Shown here one piece after another: positions 25,829-38,900 of a stretch of DNA of 64,000 nucleotides. The position numbers and the translations under genes were made by a program. The notes below the pieces were generated by a model. It was given only the letters and a program-made list of their open reading frames with translations, did not search any database and had not been told where the DNA came from. Source of the DNA: Octopus sinensis (lineage: Eukaryota); assembly GCF_006345805.1 (NCBI RefSeq), contig NC_042998.1, positions 122,140,001 to 122,204,000 on the forward strand, given 5' to 3'. Position 1 is the first letter of the stretch. Every line of letters begins with the position of its first letter.

Positions 25829-28575
25829 ATAATAATATAATATATATATACCTTTATATGTATGTATATATAGGGAGAGAGTAAGAGAGAAGGGAGAGAG
25901 CATGAGAGAGAGAGGAGGAAGGAGGGAAAGAGAGCGAGAGAGAGAACACTTTATGGTTGGCAACCCTTCCCATTTGCAACCATTATCTGTTTTCAAGTAA
26001 GTTACTTTTTATGAGATCCATGTCAACAAGGAATGTAAACCTCACCACTTTGGACAGACAGTGCAAAAAAAAAGGCTTTTGAAAACTGTCGGGCTATGAG
26101 AAAATTTGTGTCAATAATTTCTACCTCACCCAAGCAAGCATGGAAAAGTGGACATTAAAAAAATGATGTATGATGAAGTATGAGTGTGCATGCGTGCGCG
26201 CACATGCACACACATATATAAGAAAATGAGATGACAACGGAATAAATGATTAACCTATGTACTCCATTAGCTTACAACTGTTTCTGCTATAAGATTCAGT
26301 GGATTTATAGTTGAGTACCTGAGTAATGCCTTTTAGCTTCATTGAAGCCTTGAAGATGAAATGCATTATATACATATGAGTGTGTGTGTGTGTGTGTATA
26401 AAAGAAAGCAATTGTTGCCCAAGTGTGTTTATTCTAATCATCATAACTGATCTTGAGTTACAATTGAAGTGGTTTGAGAACATTTCCTTTGATAAAGATT
26501 TGCTAGTACCATTTTTTTAAGCATAAGAAATGGTTGAATAAGAATGAAAACATGAATTACATGGATTCCATGTTGAAACAACTGTAAAGAGATTATCTGT
26601 TTTCACTTACATGTCTTTTCAATTATGAAAGAGTTGTCAAAGTTAGTTTGTGACACCAGCAGACACATTGAACAGGAATTAGTTATTATATTAGAAGCCA
26701 TAATATATGTATGTGTGTGTGTGTATTTATGTATGTACCTTTTGAATCTAACATTTGTTAAAGGAAAAGAATGAGAGAAACTGATGCAAATAATAACTGG
26801 CAACAAAAATAATTCCCTTATATTATTCAGATTTTGAAATACGATTTGAAATCCAATCTGCAGAGAAAGAACAGTACCTATTGAAAATATCGATGAGCTC
26901 AGTCTTAGTAACAAAAAATAATGGAATAAGTAAATAATATAATAAAAATAGAAATAAAATAAATTCATTCCTTAGCTTTCTCATTAAATTATTCATACCA
27001 GTTTGTCTTCAGATCCTAAGTTGGTAAAGGAACTATTGAGAAAAATAATTATATTTTCTACAACCAAGACAGAGAAGTTTTTTTTTTTCTTGGTGTGTGT
27101 GTTCTTTTGCAGAACAGAACAGAATATGACTTTTTTTTAAAGTAATCTCATCAGAATAAAAGACAAGCACATGAAGAGATTCTATGAAATTCAATTAGAA
27201 TTTCTGGAGTGAGGATTACATTGTATTTGAGGTGGGTGAACAAAAGAGATGACAAAAGAAAGGCAGAAAGAAAGAGAGAAAAACTAAAGTTACTATAAGA
27301 TTTTTTTTTAGGTCTACATGACTTGTTTCAAAATGTCATTGTAATTTTCTTGGACTCTTTATGTTAGTGGGGAAAATTTCTAAATAAGGCTGAATTTGTT
27401 CTTTAATACTAGAAATAAGACACATATAGATAGAAGAGCAAACATTTATAAGACCCTCCTGAATTAGATTTAGTGTTCCTAAAAGATGTGATAGTTGTAA
27501 CATTTACAGGAATTCTGGTAGTATCTGTCAGACTCATCTATGTGTAAAGTAAGATAAATGACCAAATAAGAAATGATAATGTTAACAACACTGAACACTA
27601 CGATAATTTTTTGCACAATTCAGTGGGTTTGATTTCACTTCTGAAACATGATTTTACACCTGGGAGTTTCCAAAAATATATCTTATAAGTCTTTTAGTGA
27701 TGTTGCTGTTAAAACAACAGCAATGGTAATGTAATTTTACCGACAAAGTAACACAGTCGACAATGCTATTAAATCTAGGTAGGATCTATAGAGAAAGAAA
27801 GTTCAAACCTTATAAATACAAAGTATGTGTAGTATAAAAAGCAGAAGTGAAATGGCTGATTGGCTAAGGTATTATTGGATTATATGCTAAGGTATTGCAA
27901 GTTCTATTCCTTTACAGGAATGTTGCTATATCTTGGAACAGGAAACTTCTCTGAAGGTGACTTAGTTTACCAGAATGTGAAAAATAGATACCAGTGCAAA
28001 CTCTACTCATGGCCTTCATAAGCTGAGTCTGATGAAATAAACATGATAAATAATTTTTCTTGAACAGTTGCAGGGAAAACATGTATAGGGAGGTAATTAT
28101 AGAGGGATGACTGTGTGGAATGGTTAGTGTGGGGCCTAAGAGAGGTGGATTCAATATGAATGATAAGAGGTGGTCAGGAGTTCCTGAGTAAAAGTGACAT
28201 GAGACTAACCATTTTTAAGGAGTAAAGGTCACTGTAGTATTATTGCAGAAAAAGCAGAGAGAGGAGACAGCATAGTTATAAAAGGTTTGTATGAGTTGGT
28301 AAGTAATTTCAAGTCAATGAATTGAATAACCTTTCTTTGGATATCTATGTGTGTAGAGGTAACAACACTCAGTTGAAGGTGCAGAACATCATAGTCGGTT
28401 CCAGCCGAGTTTGTAAAGGGGTAGTTGTTGATGTAGTATTTCCTGAAGAGTAAGGTCAGTCATTGTTAATCTATCTGAGCTTCACAATAAACTATTAATA
28501 CCATACCTGAAGAAACATTTATCTCTCTCTGATAGATGGAAACTGTGTGGAAGCCTGTTATGTGTATACATATAA

Positions 28576-28978
28576 AGTTCAAAAATTGATTGAGGCTGTT
28601 CATCAATTTTTTCCCAATTTATGCAGAAATAGTTAGATTTGTCCTGTTTGTATATCTACTGTATAGATAAAACATTATATCATACCTTGATACTGTGAGG
28701 ACTGAGATCCCTGTTGACAGGCTCCCTTGATATTAAATAAAATATTAAACACTTATAGTATGCAAGTTAGTTGCTCTAGTTTTCTGAAGCAACTGGGTTT
28801 GTTGTGTATATAAACAGATTGGCTACTTGTTTCTCTGGGATTGTTTAAGTGATATAGACTGCTCTGATGAGAACCCAACAAGGTTCTAAAACCGGTTAAG
28901 GCTGTTCATAATTTTTTTGAATCTATGGAGAAATAGTTAAATTTGCCAAATTTGTATAACTATTGTTTAGGTTACATA
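28576..28978 (+). mobile_element. Partial tandem Penelope-type terminal repeat with decayed hammerhead
   Basis: ~100-bp direct repeat (28576-28672 vs 28882-28978); CTGATGA-gaacc/ggttc stem at 28864-28886. Confidence 0.5.
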
Positions 28979-30361
28979 TAATATTTATATATGCATATGT
29001 GTGTGTGTGCATGCGTATGTGTGAGTGTGTTTTTGTGTTTGTTCCCTCCCTACCATTGCTTGACAACTAGTGTTGGTTTGTTTATGTCCAAATAACTTAG
29101 CAGTTCATTACAAGATACTGAGAGAATAAGTACCAATTGAAAAGTACTGGAGTCAATTTCTTTAACTAAACCCTTCAAAGTGGTGCCCTAGCATGGCCAC
29201 AATCCAATGACTGAAACATGTCAAAGGTAAAAAAGAAAATAGGAATAACAAAACAGACAAGCCAATGTAACAATTACTGCAAAGACAGTGAACCTGCTAC
29301 AAACAGTAGCCAAATCTCCTTACAAATCACATCCTTCCATCTTTAAAAAGGAAGAATATATACATATATATATATACTAGACAATGTAGATTGACTTACA
29401 GTATATAAGATACAAAAGAATAATTCTGATGAACTCAAATATAACTCCAACTTTTGGAACCTGAAAGCTAGTAACATATTTTATCTTATCTTTTCTTACT
29501 TACTCTTCAGAATAATGCATACATGCCTATTTTATTCGTAATGTTTTGCATTAAATTTCATACATTATTATTCATCTTAAAATATATAAATTGTGCAAAG
29601 TCTATCATATTCACTAAATAAAAGAAAGACTAGCAGAATTTTCTTGATGTTACCGTGAATCATCAGGTGAAAATTTAGTCAACTACAACTTTTACATAGT
29701 TATCTTAGTTATTAAAATTTCCATTTCCCATTTTTTTTGTTGTTGTTTAAGATTAAAAAAAAACTCATCTGCATTTTATTTCTCTAGGCAAGTAGAAAGA
29801 GAGAGACTATAACATTATTCACTGCTTTTCATTTTTCTGGCATTTTTGTCATTAAGTTCTATGTCACACACCCAGCCTGCTTAAGGGCAATTTTGAATAA
29901 CTCCTAGTTACCGCCCTCCACCTCTGATATTAGTTATTTCACTCAACAGGTTATATATATATATACACACACATTATATATATGCAGAAATATATGACAC
30001 AAAAGTGACAAAGGCATTGATCAGCATCAGTATTGTTAGAAATAAGAGTCAAAACAACTCAATAGCCAAAACAGCACTATCTTAATAACTGACATGTATG
30101 TATCATCATCATAATCATCATTTTATGTCCGCTTTCCATGCTGGCATGGGTTGGACAGTTTGACTGAGGACTGGTGAACCAGAGGCTGCACCAGGCTATG
30201 TGTGCGTTTGTGTGTGTGTGTATAAATATATATATATATATATATGTATGTAAATCTTGAACAAAGAGAATGAGTGCTCAGTATATATATATAAACACTT
30301 GGCAGCATACATATGTGAATACATATATGTGTGTGTACATACACATGCACGTATATAAGTA

Positions 30362-30539
30362 CAAGGGGTGGCTGAAACATTCCTGACTTTGGGTAAAAAA
30401 GAAATACAGGACCAGTTAATTATGGTTTTATTCAACATATTCCCCTTTTAGTCACACACTTATTGCAGTGGTCCTTCAGTTTTTCTAAGCCAGGCTTTTC
30501 ATGATACCCTTAAAGCCGGGAATTTTTGGCACCTCCTCA
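30362..30539. mobile_element. Mariner-type MITE
   Basis: TA-flanked degenerate TIRs caaggggtggctgaaacattcctgacttt / aaagccgggaatttttggcacctcctca; same family as 34224. Confidence 0.7.
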
Positions 30540-31115
30540 TATGTATGTACGTACATACGTGCATGCATGCATACATACATACATACATGCATACATACAT
30601 ACATACATACATAGGTTGGTGTCAGGAAGGACATTTGGCTGTAGAGCATATTTCGCACCAGCAAAGTCTTGTCTGACCCAAACAAATATGGAAAAGTAGA
30701 CATTACAATTATGATGGTCATCATCATCATTGCACATTTTATTATGCAAAAATGGCTGTATAACTGAAAGGTTTGCTTTGCAATCACATGGTTTTGAGTT
30801 CAATCCCATGGCATGGCACCTTGGCCTAGTGTCTTCTAATGTAACCTCAGCTTCACCAATACACTGTGAAATTTAGGAAATGGAAATTATACAAAAATCT
30901 ATAACCTAACTATAAAAGATCTAAGTTTCTTAGTTTAGCTTAAATATTCTGTTCCCTCTATATTAGATGAAACATTTTGGTTATATCTGCTGGCTAGCTG
31001 ACCTGCATGGCAGTGCATAATTTTCATTTCCTGTCCTATAGAACAAAATCAGGAATATTCTGTTTGAACTGGGTTGTTTCGAGCTGTATTTCTTACTTTT
31101 AAAGATATCAATACA

Positions 31116-31519
31116 TTAGCAGTATAGCCCGGCGTTGCTCAGGTTTGTTTTTTTTTCGACCCTTTAGAATTGGAATTGTTGAAAAGTAAAAATTTTGCAT
31201 TATGTAGCTTGTTATTCTCTTTAAGTGAACATTTTTCTGGTTGAAATACACCGAAAAATGGCAACACAGCAGTCAAAAAATCGTAAAAAATAGGGATTTC
31301 CATAGAAAAAAAAAAAGCACCTATTTGATATAAATAAGTTTTGGTCTTAACATGGTCTGATTTGAATTTTTTTCTTCTATGGAATGAAGAGCAAGCCTTC
31401 TATCATATTCTCAATTTTGGTCAACTTGCACCACAGGGTCTCGGAGGAGACAGTGTTAGTTGAAGGCTACCAAACCTGCCACACAAACACACACACAACT
31501 TCAGCTTTATATATATAAA
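31116..31519 (-). mobile_element. Non-autonomous Helitron-like element
   Basis: Minus strand starts A|TTTATATATATAAAG (TC start mutated) and ends with GC hairpin cctgagcaacgccggg, 8 nt, then CTAA|T (CTRR). Confidence 0.65.
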
Positions 31520-32280
31520 TTGTGGCCCTGGTGTACCTTTGGTATGACTGTTAGAACAATCCTCTGTGTGTGTGTGTGTATGTGTGTGTTGTGTGCACAT
31601 ATGCATGCACATGTGTGTGCATGCATGCATGTTTGTATGTATGTACAATCTGAATATGTTGTCAGTTCTTACAATACTAGCTTTACTAAAATATCTTTAC
31701 ATTTGCAAACATCTTAAGCCAACCACTTCAGCCTTCTCTACTCAGCAACTCACACTACAACTACACTCTATTCTTCCTACTTTGTCCCATATGATTCTTT
31801 CAAATCATATCCTTTTCATACAAACATCTTACCATTAGTGGAAGCCAACCTTGGCTTACCTCAGCTTCATCAAACATTCAATAAGTTGACAGCTTTCAAC
31901 CAACATCCTCCTCACAGACTACCACAGGACTGTTTATAAAACTGTTTGCAGCAATGTAGGCACACAACTTTAAGACACTATCAAATATAGATTGCTGTAT
32001 GTGACACATTCTTTATTGAAACTCTGAATGCATATTCTTTATATGTAAGCAAGTGTATGATGAGAATAATGATGATGGCGATGATAATGATGATGTTGGT
32101 GATGGTGGATGAGGTAGATAACTTAATGGTGGAATTGATGGTGTTGTTTGCAGGTTATTGACAACGATGATGGTGAAATATATCAGTTGAGATACTGATA
32201 ATGATAATGTGTGTGCGTGTGTGTGTGTGCATGCTGTATGCACATCCACAAGTGTGACTGTGGTTATCCACTTTGCTCAG

Positions 32281-32301
32281 CGTCAGACTATGAGGGCGGT
32301 G
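32281..32301 (+). other. Candidate 21-nt microexon
   Basis: TGAC at about -27, acceptor ttatccactttgctcAG, donor GTG|GTGAGT; xSDYEGG (phase 1) or RQTMRAV (phase 0). Confidence 0.4.
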
Positions 32302-32748
32302 GTGAGTAGAGGAAGAGGTAGGTAATATCTAGTTCAATTGACTGACATGTACATATTTACTTGATCGTTACCTGTGGCATATCCTAAAATAATACAGCTC
32401 TGTGTGAGCACATGTGACTGTGTGTGTGTGCTCATAATCAGAAGATAGCTACAGACAGATGCTGTCAAATGCAAACTTGTGCATTGTGAAATACATACAC
32501 TGACAAACAAGGAAGTGTGCCCACGGCTAGAAGTCGGCCTGTGGAGAAGCCACAGGCGGTTGAGTATCATCCTAGTATCCTCTGAGTGAGGTAATTGTGC
32601 ATTTCTGATTATTTAGGTAAATAAACAGGAGAGAGTGGGATATGCTATTAAAAAGTGTGTTACTGCAGATGTGAGCATTCAATCACAAATGAAATAGTTA
32701 AATTTAAATACTCCCACATTTCAAAGAAATACCGAGATGTAGAGATCC

Positions 32749-32818
<70 letters not shown>

Positions 32819-33127
32819 CGGAAAATAATATAAATGAATTATTTCTGCCAATTTGTTCACTACAGAGATATTAGTTTCTTCTTTCCTTCAATTCTTATAG
32901 CTTTCTTTCTTTCTTTTCCTCGTGATATTTTATTTATTTATAAGTAAGCCTCTACCGCCCCCTCAAAAAGAAGGGGAGGGGCAACAGATTAAAAAAAATT
33001 CATACAAACAGAAGCTGTAATTAAGAATGAACTAATCGAGTTTTTACCCAGCCAGGTCGATAACAAACAAAATAAGGGCAAAGGTAAACTAGGAAAATGT
33101 TCTATTAAATGATATATATGTTTATAA

Positions 33128-33162
<35 letters not shown>

Positions 33163-33407
33163 TGTGCACAGACAGAAGCATGGAAATATATGCGTGCATG
33201 CATACTTGTGTCTGCCTGTATATGTGAATATATATATATATACATCCATATATATGCACACACATACATAAACCTATTGCACAGATTTATCTATACACAT
33301 ATGTACACACACACAAACCCAGGTACACAGCTACACATACATCTACCTATCTATATATATATACAATGATGATAATATGCATACAAATACAGGTATGTAT
33401 ATATAAA

Positions 33408-33447
<40 letters not shown>

Positions 33448-33451
33448 AAAT

Positions 33452-33677
33452 GGTGGCGAGCTGGCAGAAACGTTAGCGCGCCGGGCGAAATGCTTAGCGG
33501 TATTTCGTCTGTCGGTACGTTATGAGTTCAAATTCCGCCGAGGTCAACTTTGCCTTTCATCCTTTCGGGGTCGATAAATTAAGTACCAGTTACGCACTGG
33601 GGTCGATGTAATCGACTTAATCCGTGTGTCTGTCGTTGTTTGTCCCCTCTATGTTTATCCCCTTGTGGGCAGTAAAG

Positions 33678-33681
<4 letters not shown>
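33452..33681 (+). mobile_element. tRNA-derived SINE family B, young full-length copy
   Basis: B-box GAGTTCAAATTCC, CTTTCATCCTTTCGGGGTCGATAAA core, CpGs retained, inserted in (TA)n. Older copies near 36680-37060, 40995-41208 (+), 45596-45799 (-) and 50660-50760 (-). Confidence 0.9.
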
Positions 33682-33712
<31 letters not shown>

Positions 33713-34067
33713 GTTATGAATTAAAATCAGCACTAGTATTGCAAACATTCTTGATTGCACATAATGTATATATTTGTTCGTCAGTTTGCTGAGGTACAAC
33801 ACTCTGGGGGATGACTCCATCTTAGTACTGGGTGTTAAAACACCCGAAAGTCAGAGATAGATGAGATGAGTCAACTCAAATCCCATTCAGGTGTGATGGA
33901 TACTGATATTTAGTTACTTTTGTGACCTATCAACATTACATGCCTGAATCAGACCAGGGACAAATTGCATCGCCAGTCTATGATTATATGCAAATAGTGT
34001 AAGAACCGTTTGTTAGCATGACATGATGATGTGTACATAAAAATACATTCAATTTTGAATTAAAAGC

Positions 34068-34116
<49 letters not shown>

Positions 34117-34155
34117 GTGTGTGTGTGTGAGTATATATATATACACATATATATA

Positions 34156-34223
<68 letters not shown>

Positions 34224-34227
<4 letters not shown>

Positions 34228-34440
34228 GGAGTGCTGAAAAGTTCCCACCTTTAAGTGTGTTGCAAAAGGCCTAGTTGGAGGCCAAACCTCCTGAGTTGTT
34301 TTACAGGGCTTAGAAAAACAGAAGAACCACTGCAATAAGTGTGTGAATCTGAGAGTGAAGTATGTCGAATAAAATCATAATTAACTAATCCTCTAGTATT
34401 TTCTTTTACCAAAAGCCAGAAACTTTTCAGCACCTTCTTG
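34224..34440. mobile_element. Mariner-type MITE
   Basis: TA-flanked TIRs tgagggagtgctgaaaagttc / aaacttttcagcaccttcttg. Confidence 0.75.
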
Positions 34441-34845
34441 TATAGCCCAATCACTGAAAGAAGCTCATTGTATATGTATATGTGCGTGTATGTGTGTGTA
34501 AATGTGTGTGTGGTATGTCCATGCTTTGACATCAAATGATAGTCATAAATGAACATCACTGTCATATAAGCAGTGTCCCTTTTTTTTCAATTTTCCATAG
34601 AAATATATAGTCATGGAGAAATATAAACCTACTTGAAAATTGGTGAGGGTTGGTTACAGGAAAGTCATCTGTCCATAGGAGATTTGCCTCAGTGAATTCT
34701 GTTTGATCAGTGCAAGCATGGGAATGTGGACATTAAAAGGGCGATGATAATTATGTATGTATATATAATATACATACATAATTATAATATACAGCATCTG
34801 TTTGTAGCTTCCTTATATTGCAATATATTATATATATATATATAT

Positions 34846-35598
34846 CGGTTGAGGGAACTTGTGGAAGAGGCAGACCCAGGAAAACCTGGGACGAGGTGGT
34901 GAAGCACGACCTTCGAACTTTAGGTCTCACTGAGGAAATGACTAGAGACCGAGACCTCTGGAAGTGTGCTGTGCGCGAGAAGACCCGGCAGGACAAGTGA
35001 GTCCACAACCCGTGGCCTTCTACATGGGATGGAGCCAGCCTACGTATGCATACCTTCCCTTCTTGGGACACAAAACTCTACTTGTGAAGACGTGTTGAGG
35101 CAAGTGAGGATCAGAATCGAAATCGATCAATGGAAATTGCGGATGTGCTACCAGTGCCGGTGGCATGTCGAAACTCTGCTTGTGAAGACCCATTGAGGCA
35201 AGTGAGGATCAGAATCGAAATCGATCAATGGAAATTGCAGATGTGTTACCAGTGCCGGTGGCATGTAAGAGAACTTTCCGTTTCGCGACCGTTGCCAGCA
35301 CCGCCCCGTTTCGTGTCCGTTGCCAGCCTCGCCTGGCCCTCGTGCCGGTGGCACATAAAAAGCACCATCCGTTCGTGGCCGTTTGCCAGCTCTGTCTGGC
35401 ACCAGTGCGGGTGGCACGTAAAAAGCACCCACTACACTCACGGAGTGGTTGGCGTTAGGAAGGACATCCAGCCGTAGAAACACTGCCAGATTTGACTGGG
35501 CCTGATGAAGCCTTCTGGCTTCACAGACCCCAGTAGAACCGTCCAACCCATGCTAGCATGGAAAACGGACGCTAAATGATGATGATGATGATGATGAT
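34846..35598 (+). mobile_element. 5'-truncated RTE LINE: ORF C-terminus, 3' UTR and (GAT)n tail
   Basis: VEGTCGRGRPRKTWDEVVKHDLRTLGLTEEMTRDRDLWKCAV...* (stop at 35000) is the typical RTE C-terminus; CpG-rich, so probably young; inserted in (TA)n. Confidence 0.92.
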
Positions 35599-35607
35599 GT
35601 ATATATA

Positions 35608-35825
35608 TTCTTTTATTGTTTTACATGTTTTAGTCATTCGAATGTGGTCATGCTGGAGCACCGCCTTGAGGGGGTTTTAGTTGAACAAGTCAAACTCAGG
35701 GCTTATTTTTTTAAGCCTAGTACTAAATCTATCAGTGTCTCTTGCTGGTGTGCTAGGTTACGGGGATGTAAACACATCAACACCAGTTCTCAAGTGCTGA
35801 TGGAGGGGGACAAACACAGACACAC
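35608..35825 (-). mobile_element. SINE family A 3' part
   Basis: Reverse match to 3197-3406. Confidence 0.7.
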
Positions 35826-35843
35826 ACACACACACAATATAAT

Positions 35844-35875
<32 letters not shown>

Positions 35876-35878
35876 TAT

Positions 35879-35914
<36 letters not shown>

Positions 35915-38900
35915 CATATGCATGCACATATGAATGTATGTATGTACATATGTGCACATACACAAAGAATAAATTCAGTCAGTTTTTATAAGGTTACTTA
36001 AAACTTCTCGATGTACTGATTGGATTAACTCTAAGAGTCTCTAAACTTTAAAATCTACTCAACATTTAAGATTAAATATCTTTATTGTTATTATCAGTTA
36101 TATCACTATTGGTTGATAGTTAGACAAAATATTCTGAGTTTCAACTCCAACTGGGGCCTTTCACCTTTCTGGTGTTGATAAAATCCAGTCAAGTAATGGA
36201 ATTCATATAAACAAATATACCTTGTCCCTAAAATTTAGGCCTTGAGTTTTTATATTAAGAATGTCATCATCATCATCATCATCAACCTCATTTTTTGGTG
36301 GTGAGAATTAGGAGAATGCACTTGCCTTTTGGCCTGACAGGGTAATCTGACATTGTGTATAGGTTGCCCTGTGTGTCTTGTGTTATTGTCCCATCTCTTT
36401 TATGAGGATTTGGGGGATCCTTTCTTGTTGTTGAATTGTTGTTCTATATTATTTATTGTTATCTATTCATTAATATCTATTTATTGTTTTAGTTGGTCTC
36501 ACCTTTTTACTTTATGTAAAGGTCCCTATTATTTCTTGTTTTCTTTCATATTTCACCTTTATAAATCGCCAACATTTAGACCCTTGAAGCAAATCTATGA
36601 AGTAATCATCATCATCATCATCACAACCACCACCATCATCATCATCAGGAGCTGCAAGAGTTATTAGAGGGCCAGGTAAAATGTTTTGTGACATTTCTTT
36701 TGGCTTTCAACATTGTCAGTTCAAATACTACCAGGGCCAACTTAACCGTTCATTCTTAGGGGGTCAGTGGTATTGACTAAACTCACCCATTCGTCAGATT
36801 TTAGGTCTTATGTCTATTTTAGAAACCGCCACCACCACAACCACCACCATCATCATCATTTTAGAGCAATGTATTGGCAGAATCTTTAGAACTTTGACAA
36901 AATGCCTTGTGGTTTTTGTTGCAGCTTATTATGTTCTGAGCTGAAATCCTACCAAGTTAAACTTTATCCTTCACTGTTTTACATAAAGTATCAGTCAAAC
37001 ACCAGTGTAGATTTAATTGATCAGCTCTCTTCCTCAAAACTTGTGGCCTTGTGCTTAAGCCAAAAACATTTATCATTATTAACCATTAGAGCAGCAAACT
37101 ATTGCCTTGTTACAGTTGGAATAGGCAGATAAAAAGATTACATGTTAAAGGCCTTTACTTGTAAGTTCAATAATACTGATGTAAAAAGCAGATATGTAAA
37201 ATAATAATATACCATGTGGATGGTGACAGAGGAAGGGAATGTTCCCAGGGGACATAATTTCAGGGAAGTAAGCTGAATAAACAAGGCAAAACTACTTTAG
37301 ATTTGGATAGACTGAGGGTTGACAGTAGAGGAATTCAAAACATTGATCTGGTACATGAAAGACTAACGTGCTGGCAATGCAGCATGGCTCTTTTAATAAA
37401 TTAACAATTTCTATTTAAGCATATAAAATGTAAAGATAAAAGAAAAAATTATAATTTGAAGTCACATTTAGGATTATATTAGAAATTGAAATAGATTTTC
37501 TGTAGCCATGACTTCTCTTAAACTTTTAAGCCACCAAGAATATTAATAGGTACTGGAATTTCATAGGAATATTTGTCCACCACACCACAACGTAGTTCTT
37601 AAAAAAATAAATAAAATAAAATAAAAAACTTGCAACCATGGTAAAATTATAGCCAGACATTTTCATCTCTTTGAAATCTGCCTGAGAAGACAGATCAGCT
37701 GCAAAGCCAGGAATCTGAATTATTCTGACCTCGATGCCATCAACTAATGATGCTATAAATTTCACTAAATGTTGTGGACAGAGAGGATGTTTTCTAACAG
37801 TAAATATTTTTTTTCAACTAATTAATTAACCGGTGTCTCCAACTGTTCTGACTTAATTTCAATTAACAGAACCTCCCAAAGGCATTCATTGACCAATTAA
37901 GGATATAATAATAGATTCAATGAAGAATAAAAATTAATGAAATCGATATACAAAAATATATTTTCTCTTGCATTTTATACTTGAAGATAGAAAAACAATG
38001 ATAGCAACCCACCCCCCACCAAAAAAACAAAAAAATACAAAAATAAAACAGCCTTTAGATTATGATCTATAGCTTATAAGTAGATTAAGGGAAAAATCAT
38101 TGATGCCTAAAAGGCAGTTAAGAATCTAGATGGCCAAGTTGATATTGTAAGAGAGAAGTAGCTGAGAGGTTGACAGTATATATTCTGTAGCTGACACTGT
38201 ATTTTATCTATGATTAAAGACTTAACTTCCAACAGACCAGTCCAGCTAGCTCTAAGCAGATAATGCAGTGGTATAATTTACTGTTGTAAGCAAAGGTTCC
38301 ACTGCTAATTTATTGAGTTGCCTTGCTGTGCCTAGTTCAATTCTTCAAGCAGGAAAATTTGCCTGCAAAATACTCTGGTATTGTATACTAAATGCGATGA
38401 GAGAACTACAGACAAGCACCAATGCAAGAGATTGTGAAGTTCTAAGAAAGAAGAGAAATCATTGTTGAGAAGAATTATTTAAAACGTAATGTTGACTTAA
38501 TCCCTAATATAAAGATTTGGACAAAGTTAACAACTAATGTGTATATTTAGAGAAAAGACATTTGAGTATAGTTATGGCAGCAAGAGGGAAGAAAAATAGA
38601 ATCATGATTAAGATTCTGTTTTGAATATTAAAATTTGCATTGATACAACTCTAGTAAATATCATATACACAACTAGTATTGGTATTGAGAGATATGCAAA
38701 TAAAAACAAGAAAAGAATAAGAAATGATATCAATTACAAAGCATACGAATGACAGACGAACATAGTTACTAGATAACATTTCAGCCAAGGGAACTACTGC
38801 AAACTAAAATATAACACAGAACAAATTATGAAAAACATATAGAAAGAAAGGACAAAAAGATCTGAAGAGAAGTTGGTTATTTACAATAAACCTAACTGAT

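Noticed and set aside
32240-32750. Minus-strand mini-exon candidates (GATATGCCACAG|GTAACG, GATCTCTACATCTCG|GTATTT)
   Set aside because: Weaker donors than the plus-strand 21-nt candidate and no identifiable peptide; worth revisiting if the host gene proves to be on the minus strand.
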